Source of the DNA: Macrostomum hystrix
Taxonomy: Eukaryota > Animalia > Platyhelminthes
Assembly (NCBI GenBank): GCA_950097015.1
Contig: CATNEN010000038.1
Location: 22,382,001-22,446,000, forward strand
Reading direction: 5' to 3'
DNA: 64,000 nt
Below, piece by piece: positions 39,001 through 48,935 of the stretch (the stretch's first letter is position 1; each line of letters begins with the position of its first letter). Position numbers and translations under genes: made by a program. A model generated the notes under the pieces. It made no database searches. It worked only from the letters and a program-made list of their open reading frames with translations, and was not told the origin of the DNA.

Positions 39001-42000
39001 CGTGGTGTCGATTGCGCTGAAAGAGTGACACTTGTGACACAATGACCACAGCACAAAACATCAACTGACACAATGACCACAGCACCAAACCTCAACTGAC
39101 ACAATGACCACTGCACAAAACCTCGACTGACACAATGCGCATAGGATAAAACCTCGACTTAACAATAACCACAGCACAAAACCTCAACTGACACAATGCC
39201 CACAGCATAAAACCTCGACTGACACAATGACCACAGCACAAAACCTCAACTGACACAATGACCACAGCAAAAAACCTCAACTGACACAATGACCACAGCA
39301 AAAAACCTCAACTGACACAATGCCCACAGCATAAAACCTCAACTGACACAATGACCACAGCATAAAACCTCAACTGACACAATGACCACAGCATAAAACC
39401 TCAACTGACACAATGCCCACAGCATAAAACCTCAACTGACACAATGCCCACAGCACAAAACCTCAACTGACATAATGACCACTGCACAAAACCTCAACTG
39501 ACACAATGACCACAGCGTTAAACCTCAACTGACACAATGACCACAGCATAAAACCTCAACTGACAATGACCACAGCACAAAACCACAACTGACACAATTG
39601 CCACAGCACAAAACCTCAACTGACACAATGACCACAGCACAAAACCTCAACTGACAATGACCACAGCACAAAACCACAACTGACACAATTGCCACAGCAC
39701 AAAACCTTAACCGATACAATGTCCACGGGCATGCTGGCAAAAAGCCAAGTCAATTGAAACGCCAATAGCCAATTTGAACATCAACTATGAGTCTCGGAGC
39801 TCATGAACTCGTTGATAAACTCGCTCTACATCAACGATAATAGATGCTAGATTCCAATGCCTTTGAGTGCATCCGTACCATTAATTCGTCACAGAGACTT
39901 CAGTCACATAAAATGCATTCGATCGCAATTTGTTTATCTGTTTATCATACAAGCTGGTCAAATTATTTTTTCAGCGGCCTCCGCGGATCAGTTTGTGGCC
40001 GTAAACTCGAGTTTCGCTGTGAGATGCGAGCTACACTGCAACAGCTCAATGCTGTGCTCAAACTCAAGCGGGCTCCAGCTCTGCCTTCCGAACGGTACCT
40101 GCATTGCAGAACACAAGACTGCAGTGGCTCAAGCTCTGCCTGATCACTCTGGAAAGTACTCTTGCAGAATTGGCTCTGTCAGCAAGCAGACCTCAGTCGC
40201 CATGCTCTGTGAGCAGATTTTCTACTTTGTTTATAACTTTTAACGAATCATAAGGGCCTGAGAGCGAGACATTTTTGCGCTTCAAATTGTCGCTTCATAT
40301 CGTAGCTCGGACAAATCGCTTGAAATCGTCGCTTGGACCTATTAGTGAAACAATGAAAACCATAAAGCAGAAACTGGTCAGGGGAAATTCATCCAATGAC
40401 GAAGGCCGAAAGCTGAATGCAAACACAATAATGAATTATAGAGAAATAATCATATTCAATGGTACAAGCAAATGTGTCAATGTGTAGAAACACTAAAACA
40501 AAAAACGACTTGTTAGTGAACTACAATGCAACTTGAAATAGGTCAAAAGTATATTACGCTGCTGTAATCTTGATTTTGGAAACAGACGAGCATTGTGCAG
40601 AAGCTCCCAAAAACCTCGGCAGAGAATTGCAGCCCAGCAAGAGAAGCTTTCTCCGTTGCTCTCAACAATGGCACCATGGATGCAGAGCAGCTTATTTAGA
40701 AGAACTGCACCTGCGATTGCATTGGAGCACTGCTTACGATTCTCCTCAATCCGCGAAACAGGGACACCAAGAGGGTTCTTCGTGATGTCGATTGCGCTGA
40801 AAGAGTGATACTTGTGACACAATGACAACAGCACCAAACCTCAACTGATATAATGACCACAGCACCAAACCTCAACTGGCACAATGCCCACAGCACAAAA
40901 CCTCAACTGACACAATGACCACAGCACAAAACCTCCCTTGACACAATGACCACATCTGTCCACATCACATCCACGTCGACGATAATAGATACTAGATTCC
41001 AATGCCTTTGAGTGCATCCATACCATTTACTCGTCACAGAGCCTTCAGTCACATAAAGTGCATTCGATCGCTATTTGTTTATCTGTTTATCATACAAGCT
41101 GGTCAAAATATTGTTTTCAGCGGCCTCCGCGGATCAGTTTGTGGCCGTAAACTCGAGTTTCGCTGTGAGCTGCGAGCTACACTGCAACAGCTCAATGCTG
41201 TGCTCAAACTCAAGCGGACTCCAGCTCTGCATTCCGAAGGGTACCTGCATTGAAGATCACAAAATTGCAGTGGCTCGAGCACTTCCTGAGCTTTCTGGAA
41301 AGTACTCTTGCAGACTTGGCTCTGTCAGCAAGCAGACCTCAGTCAACGTGCTGTGTGAGTGAGCATCCAGAATTTTTCTAATATTTGCTCCTCATAACAA
41401 ATACTTCAGCAGCAATTTATGAAAGCACCTCAATATTCCCGCCAGACCCGCCATCGAGTCTATCGATAAAATTCCTGGAAAGCTGCAAAAGCATGGCAAG
41501 AATAACGGTACAGTTCAGATCATCGGCTTCTCACCCAATGCCTGAGCACACGTGCAACTTTCAAATTGGCGAACTCAATGGAGAAAATGTCTCTCTGCTT
41601 TCACAGGTGAGTTGCATTCCGTATGATTCTTGAAAGACTAGGTCGCAACACACTGTACTATATGAAACTGCAGGTGCCAGACAACAGGGGCCTCCTTACC
41701 ACGTGGTCGCTCGACAGCGGTGTTGAGCATGACATGAGCAGGAGCGAAGTCTTTGTCAACTGCAGTGCGGCACAGAACCTCCCTGAGAACATGACTTTCG
41801 GCTCACCTGTTTACACCACGGCTCGACTCGACTGCCCTCGGGCTGGGCTCACGACTTTCACGATTGCTGTCTCAGCCACCATCGTTTTGGTTGTTGTGTC
41901 AGGCGTCTGTGCTGCATGCTTTCTGCTCATCTCGAAGGTCAGTGCAGGAAAATGATGGCGATCGTGCACTTCAGCAGCTGACGGCTCTGAATCTTTCCAT

Positions 42001-42110
42001 TGCAGCTCCGAGTGCCGTCAACTGAGCCTTCAGCAGCCGGGCTCAACCTAAGCTCAGGCATTCAGGAGGAATCGAAAGTGTCACCTGATGTGTCTCATCC
42101 TGCTAATTAG
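24025..42110 (+). CDS. Receptor gene B (model): SP-(FTLD-Ig-Ig)x3-Ig-Ig-Ig(C2-like)-TM-tail, up to 1391 aa; exons 24025-24337, 24408-24622, 24697-24793, 24893-25123, 26686-26919, 27165-27431, 27502-27716, 27791-27887, 27987-28217, 34525-34758, 35004-35270, 35341-35555, 35630-35726, 35826-36056, 36138-36371, 39975-40208, 41121-41354, 41446-41606, 41674-41937, 42006-42110
   Basis: There is only one full signal peptide (24025) and one TM exon (41674) in 18 kb. Every exon is open and phase-compatible (sum 4176 nt). The model depends on cryptic acceptors ACTGCAG ending at 27164 and 35003. Confidence 0.6.
25507..26389 (-). mobile_element. Truncated copy (5' ~0.9 kb) of the Helitron/Helentron-like element at 28733-34228
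   Basis: Near-identical to 33346-34228, including GGCTCACTCATCCC at 26369-26382. Confidence 0.6.
29520..31111 (-). mobile_element. Tc1/IS630-like DNA transposon with ~300-bp TIRs, TA target duplication and a defective transposase (30650 to ~29820)
   Basis: TIRs 29520-29819 and 30812-31111 (CACCATTTTACCCTC...); TA at 29518-19 and 31112-13; HTH LGIKRTTAYAIV..KGGAK, IFIDEFGF, IVIDNVSSH; frameshifts; no final E motif. Confidence 0.9.
31320..32553 (-). mobile_element. Crypton-type tyrosine recombinase (DUF3504), disrupted
   Basis: VPEATKKKATW..F.EW, FFVMKVRTKKKQRYSASTL, HFALRG(G)TELRNL, KMNQGGL, WYTRTPIGKHTL, NQSLRKTTAT, GHSS..LERY; stop at 31978 and several frameshifts. Confidence 0.85.
33346..36100 (+). 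repeat. Tandem segmental duplicate of 25507-28260 (offset 7839 bp)
   Basis: Exon boundaries shift by exactly 7839; few substitutions. Confidence 0.9.
36625..38940. other. Unclassified ~2.3-kb insertion in a gene B intron, probably decayed retroelement sequence
   Basis: Replaces ~220 bp present in the paralogous introns (40495-40720; 50715-50945); no intact ORF. Confidence 0.45.
39030..39720. repeat. 31-bp minisatellite (AATGACCACAGCACAAAACCTCAACTGACAC); also 40815-40950 and 50110-50620 (inverted)
   Basis: Tandem arrays of different length in paralogous introns before Ig exons. Confidence 0.95.
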
Positions 42111-43328
42111 GTGAGTCAACGAGTCACTTAGACTTCAGCGAGCAAACAGGGACAGTCCTGTCCGAGAAATGCCACGTTGCTTATCCTCGATTAATCTCGA
42201 TGGCTACTTGGCTACAATGGCTACTCGGCTACAATGGCTACTTGGCTACAGTGGCTACTTGACTACAATGGCTACTTGGCTACAATGGCTACTTGGCTAC
42301 AGTGGCTAATTGGCTACAATGGCTACTTGGCTACAATGGCTACTTGGCTACAGTGGCTACTTGGCTACAATGGCTACTTGGCTACAATGGCTACTTGGCT
42401 ACAGTGGCTAATTGGCTACAGTGGCTACTTGGCTACAGTGGCTACTTGGCTACAGTGGCTACTCGGCTACAATGGCTACTTGGCTACAGTGGCTACTTGG
42501 CTACAATGGCTACTTAGCTACAATGGCTACTTGGCTACAATGGCTACTTGGCTACAATGGCTACTTGGCTACAATGCTACTTGTCAGTAGTGTTTCCGTT
42601 TTATTTCCGAAACTGAATGAGTGCTCAAGGCTGCTCTGATTTCAGAAAACTAACGGCTTCGAGTCCGAGTGCTGCTACTTGATTGTTAGCATACCAGCGA
42701 CTGCTGCTGCTGGTGCAATAAATAATAAAAGAAACTTTTCGTTCATTAGTTTTTGCTCTCACTAGTGGCTGATCAATTATCCATGCAGAATATGTTCAAG
42801 AATCAAATATGTCTATCTGGTTGTCACCTCAGCCAATTTATTACAGTAGCTGGGCAGACAGTCCCAAAAATGTTCTTATCATATCATAGCTCGTAGAAGC
42901 CCAGTTTCCTTAGACGATTCTGTCTGAAATTTCTCTGCTTTTTGCACCCAGACTGACTGTTATTCAAGCATGCGAAAATGCGTCATAAACTGTTCTAATT
43001 ACTGTTCTCAAGTATTGCTTAATAAATATATTAAAATACACTCTAACCAGAAGCATGAGTTCAATGGGTCACTCCTCATCAAATGCAGAAATTTAAAACG
43101 GAATCTACAAAACTCTAAAAAACTCTACAAAACTCTACTGACTGTAGTGGAAATAAGATTTTTTGTGCAGTTTTCCCTATTCAAATTTATTCAAAGCACT
43201 CACCCTACTCAACTGTACCAAGCAAAAATGTGAGCAAAACTTACTTAACAGCACCTACTGATTATCAATAGCAACTGTAGTGCGCCGCGCATATGCCGTT
43301 GTTTACTATATTATCTCGTATCACTGAA

Positions 43329-43620
43329 TGTACACCTGGCTATGTACACCTGGCTATGTACACCTGGCTATGTACACCTGGCTGTCAGGTCCAAGTGAGC
43401 GGGCTGAGGTGGGTGTCTCGCCCGGCCCAGAATAGATTTACACCTAATCAGGGCCAAGGTCGGAACGTTGTTTTCACTGCCAAATTTCGGCCTTTGTCTG
43501 CGTCAAACCCTTCAATAGTGCCCTCAGCCCTACAATACTGCACCCAGCCCTACAATACTGCACCCAGCCCTACAATACTGCACCCAGCCCTACAATACTG
43601 CACCCAGCCCTACAATACTG
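43329..43620. repeat. Two short arrays: TGTACACCTGGCTA x4 (43329-43384) and CAGCCCTACAATACTGCACC x5 (43525-43620)
   Basis: Direct tandem units. Confidence 0.9.
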
Positions 43621-43947
43621 TGGATCGAGAATCGAGAATGCATCATGTCTGACCCCGCTGTCATACCTACGTACATGAATGTGTAAGCAGCTTAGAGTTC
43701 GCGGCCCGCAGTGTACACTGCGGGGGGTAGAGCGTACACGCCTGCGTGCGTGCTTACGTGGCGTGATTGGGGGTCGGATACGCCCACCCCAGTGTTTCTG
43801 GCCAAAAATAATAGTGCTAGCGAGCCAGTATGGCTCTTCGCGTTTGTGTGCATGCTTGCCTGACAAACCAGCGTATTACAGTACATTACTAACAGTAAGC
43901 ATGCAAAGTTAATATCAATACAATCGTGCACCAATGCATCAATCTGT

Positions 43948-44484
43948 TCAAGCCAACAGGGTGACGTTGAACTTAGGTTGTACAGACGTGGCGATATCAA
44001 TTGAAGACGCATTGACTTGGTGACCATCAGCTCCGGGAATTCGGGGCGGCACAAGCAGGCGCAGCGTCAGCGACGCCGCCAGCAGAATCACCATGGCGAA
44101 TAACACCGGTATCTTGGAGCGGACGGCGTTGCGCTGCTTCACACTGCTGGTAGAAGCGCTGAGCATGTAGGAAGATGCAACTGTGCCCGTGTCCTCCTTG
44201 CCTTTGGGCCCCTCCGGCTCCTGCTCAGGCAGCAGCGGCCGCCGTTCTCCAAGCAGCTCCATGTTGGTCTCCATCTCGGCGTTCAAGTGGGCTGCGGCTG
44301 CGCGTCCGCGCCAGTCGAGGCGAAGCGCACCAACGGTCAGGAGGACGAAGAAGGAAACGCAGGAGACGGCGAACCCGATCCACAGGCCGGTGAGACCCCA
44401 GCCGGCTGCGAACGCCAGAGAAATTCCCAGGGGCGCGTCAATGATGTAATAGCCGGTGAAGTTCATGAGCATGACTATAAGCAT
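43948..44484 (-). pseudogene. C-terminal fragment of a MATE (SLC47-like) transporter
   Basis: NFTGYYIIDAPLGISLAF..GWGLTGLWIG...LDWRGRAAAA resembles the last core TMs of MATE1, followed by an extra C-terminal TM; no upstream exons found. Confidence 0.75.
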
Positions 44485-44852
44485 TTCGCAGTTTTTTGCG
44501 CTATATTTTTATGATAAATATATTTGAAAGCAACTAAACAATGCGCATAATTCTATTATTGTCCTCTAAGGCGCACGTTTCAACCTAATTCTACAACAAC
44601 TTCTCATCTTTCAGTGTTAGCTGTACTCTTCTGCGGTTCAGTTGCCTATGTCAAATTGCTTACATAATTGAATGCATCGGGTCTAACCTCGCTGTCATAC
44701 CTACGTACATGAATGCATCGGGTCTGCATATGACCCACTATGTCGGAAATGCATCGGTAAATTGACCTCTCTAAGTGGAAACTCATACGAATGAGGCTTA
44801 AGATGACATTACAATTGTTACGACAAGGGGGTCAGACCTGATGCCCCTGGAC

Positions 44853-47800
44853 CCCCTATCACGGATAAATCATGCATGATACGTGGGGAAGACCATGCAT
44901 AGAACGTGCATGAATCATGTATTTGCATATTCATGTGCATGCATATATTATCCATGTATTTATGAAAGCATGCATGCTTTATCCATGATTGCTATACAAG
45001 CATTGCATGCAATCTTTGGTCATTTTCGTGTCGAAAATGTCGAAAACTGAATGAAGTCAAACCAAAAGGGTTTGTATAATATCTAAGAAATGAAGTCTCA
45101 CTGATATCAACATCACAGATCGGAAAATTTGATGCAACTATTATTCAATGACCAACTATACATAAACGATCTTTGAAATATCAACTAAATTATATATTTA
45201 TGTGTTGCATACAAACTAACAAGGTATATGTATTAAATAGCCAGTTAAGTAGTAATGATTAAACAATAAAACACATAATTCATTACTTCGTAATGCAGAG
45301 TGAGAAACCAAATGCAAGGGGCACAAAAGAAAAAAACTAAAACCTAACATAAGGCAACAATAAAATGAAGCAACGCATAATTCCATTTTCGAAAATCAGT
45401 GAGAGAAATACATGACACGTAGAGCAAGTTACAATGAATTTTAGTGTACTTATGTTAGAGTTGCACTTTACAAACAAGCAGCAAAATTGCACGAAAAGAA
45501 ACGGATATTTATTTACATCCAATGTCAAAAAACTGTATAGTAGGTCACACTGCTTAAAAAAACAAGTAAAAAGTATATACAACAGGTGAACTGCGTAAGA
45601 GATACGTTTTTACTACGCGGTGCACTTTGTAGAAATTCAATTGGTATATTGGAGATATTGGAATTCGCAGAGTAGGCACATCTCCAGGGGAGCAGCGATG
45701 GGTTGACGGCACGCTTTCAGAATTAGTCATGCATGTAGCTGTAAACTGGTACAATGCAAAAAACAGAAGGACCACGCCACGGAATTAGTGTACAAGGTGC
45801 TAAAATATTAGTCAGCGGCACGTTAATTAGAGCGCTAGTTTGCGTAATATTATAGATGCTGAATGACAAGAACTGATTAGCACTAATAATTGAGTCAATT
45901 GTCTCCAACATTGCTACGTCTCGCGCAGAGAACGCTGTACCATTGTTAAGTGTCTCGCAAATCACGGACACTATGGGGTCAACAATACGTAGAGAAGCAA
46001 TGTCACTTGTAGTGCCAGTTACAATTCCTATCTGTTTGCTGCGTAGGAAAACAATTGAGTTGCGTGTCTTTCGAGATGAATCCTCGTCAGACGAACAGTA
46101 CATTTCCTTGAAAGAACGGGAATCGATAATTATCTTCGCCAGTGCCTGTTGAACCTTTTCGCTGGGCGAGGATGACAGTACACGCAATAAACGTTTTATC
46201 TGCAGCGTCTTTATAGCCATCTGACAAGCATTATTAGGTGTTCCCATAAGCATTTTTTGTAGCGGCCTATCGCACTCTAAAAGCCGAACATCGAGGCCAC
46301 AGAGATCGGACCAAATGCTGATACATCATGGGATATTGCACCAAGAAGTGGAAATTTAGGCGGCAACTACTTCCGCCAAATAGAACAGGCAAATCTTTCA
46401 GAAGTCTATCTTTCAGAACTTCAATATGGGCACATGAAGAGTCTCTGTGCAAAAGCAGGCCATGCTTTGTGTAGCAATAAAAACTCGCAATTCGGTGTTA
46501 GAAGTTGAACGGAATAGAACAGGAAAAGCCAGAAAGAGAATGAAATTTCTAAAATGCTTTCCTTTCCATATAGACAATCGTTGTATATAGTGATGGCGGC
46601 AAAGCAAAGTCACGAGGAACTGCACACTGAGACACAACCTGGTCAATCAATGACACTGAGATAAGCGCAAGTGAGCAAGGTGTGCCGCGATTGGCTGAGT
46701 CGGTCATTTGAGACAACATAAATTTTGTCTGTCCTTCGAATAGCGCGTGCATAGGGTCAATAACATTCAATTCTGGAAATTTAATGTATCGTATAATTGC
46801 CGTCAATGAACGGACGCCAAATATCGGTACTCCACGAATCTCGGCAACCTCTGCGTGTGCCAGATGTGACGAATGCGTTCGCAACTCAAATCTCTCGCCA
46901 TCGTTATGCGAGAAGACGCAAACGTGACCTCTTTCTGAGACGCGAACGGACTCTCCAGGGTGCAAGCACTTCGGACAACTAAACTTTCCGTTGAATTGGT
47001 GAATGCAGAATATCTGCGCTAGTGCCGGCAAGTCGACAATAAAGAACGAAAAGTGGACTTTGACTTCCTGTCGACCATGAATGAAACTTGTCTCGAAACG
47101 TGAAAATAGAATAGGCAGCAATTTTTCAAAGTCTGGCTTCTTGTGACTTTCAATAACGGCTTGTTCATTCTTCACAGCCTTGACAGACAAAAGATCGCAA
47201 CCAGGGTTGCTACACAGGAAAGCCTCGTACTGGACAATGTCATCAAATTTTCGAACGAAAATATCTCTTATCTGCTCTTCTAGTGATGGAACCACGATCT
47301 TGCATCTTCTCGCGTGTGATGCATCGTGACAGTCGGTTGGACAATTGGGGCAGACATAAAACTTGTCAACTAGATCGTCTCCAAAAGAGTCTTTAATCAA
47401 AGACTTAAGTGCATCGATGTTTGCAGGAAAGAAGACGCCTGGACTCAAGACATGAACTAATCGCAATAGGCGATCCAACGCAGCATCATTGATCCCGGAG
47501 GTGAGGGCCCACAGGTACAATAAAGCAGCCGAGGCGTTGACATTATCTACGTCCAAGAAAAAAACAACAGCATATGCGTGGCGCACTACAGTTGCTATTG
47601 ATAATCAGCAGGTGCTGTTGCAAGTTTTCTCACAGTTTTGCTTGGTACAGTTGAGTAGGGTGAGTGCTTTGAATAAATTTGAATAGGGAAAACTGCACAA
47701 AAAATCTTATTTCCGCTACAGTCAGTAGAGTTCTGTAGGTTGTCGAGCAGGTGATGGTAGAGGTGACTTGTATGAGGTGGGTTTCATCGTCCATTCCGTT
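44853..47800 (-). mobile_element. CMC (EnSpm/Mirage-like) DNA transposon with fragmented transposase (46549-47586, 46267-46646, 45723-46253)
   Basis: FIVDLPALAQIFCIHQFNGKFSCPKCLHPG, RTHSSH, GVRSLT and VIDPMHALFEG motifs; CATGCA-rich subterminal region 44870-45010; ends approximate. Confidence 0.75.
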
Positions 47801-48273
47801 TTAAATTTCTGCATTTGATGAGGAGTGACCCATTGAACTCATGCTTCTGGTTAGAGTGTATTTTTATATATTTATTAAGCAATACTTGAGAACAGTAATT
47901 AGAACAGTTTATGACGCATTTTCGCATGCTTGAATGGCAGTCAGTCTGGGTGCAAAAAGCAGAGAAAATTCAGACAGAATCGTCTAAGGAAACTGGGCTT
48001 CTACGAGCTATGATATGATAAGAACATTTTTGGGACTGTCTGCCCAGCTACTGTAATAAATTGGCTGAGGTGACAACCAGATAGAAATATTTGAGTCTTG
48101 AACATATTCTGCATGGATAATTGATCAGCCACTAGTGAGAGCAAAAACTAATGAACGAACAGTTTCTTTTATTATTGATTGATTATGATAAATTAATTCA
48201 CAGATTTTGAAATTCAAATTCAACTACTCGAGCTTAATAATCAGAATTGCAAAGCTATGCAAGAATTTCGAGC

Positions 48274-48471
48274 TCAAAAATCACTCAAAAATGTGCAGTT
48301 GTGATGAATCTCTGGCTGATCACGAAAAAGATCGCCCAGAGCAACAATCTCAATGTAGTCAGTGCAGCAGTCGCTGTCTGTGTCCTGCCCCTCAACAGCA
48401 GCACGAGCAGCAGCAGTCGCTGGTATGCTAACAATCAAGTAGCAGCACTCGGACTCGAAGCCGTTAGTTTT
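48274..48471 (-). CDS. Putative extra cytoplasmic exon of gene C (65 aa) with YLIV and ITSM-like TDYIEI; gene B equivalent is 42646-42765 (+)
   Basis: TGATTTCAG acceptor, then an open phase-0 frame KTNGFESECCYLIVSIP...DCCTDYIEIVALG...SDF*. Confidence 0.5.
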   Translation of the reverse strand, partial: KTNGFESECCYLIVSIPATAAARAAVEGQDTDSDCCTDYIEIVALGDLFRDQPEIHHNCTFLSDF

Positions 48472-48935
48472 CTGAAATCAGAGCAGCCTTGAGCACTCAT
48501 TCAGTTTCGGAAATGAAACGGAAACACTACTGACAAGTAGCATTGTTGCCAAGTAGCCACTGTAGCCAAGTAGCCATTGTAGCCGAGTAGCCATTGTAGC
48601 CAAATAGCCATTGTAGCCAAGTAGCCATTGTAGCCAAGTAGCCATTGTAGCTAAGTGGCCATTGTAACCAAGTGGCCATTGTAGCCAAGTAGCCAGTGTA
48701 GCCAAGTAGCCATTGTAGCCGAGTAGCCATTGTAGCCAAATAGCCATTGTAGCCAAGTAGCCATTGTAGCTAAGTAGCCATTGTAACCAAGTGGCCATTG
48801 TAGCCAAGTAGCCACTGTAGCCAAGTAGCCATTGTATCCAAGTAGCCATCGAGATTAATGGATAAGCAACGTGGCATTTCTCGGACAGGACTGTCCCTGT
48901 TTGCTCGCTGAAGTCTAAGTGACTCGTTGACTCAC

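Noticed and set aside
24025-42110. RAG-like somatic rearrangement or a Dscam-type mutually exclusive array
   Set aside because: No RSS-like or docking/selector sequences were recognised, the nearby recombinases are broken, and germline duplication explains the layout
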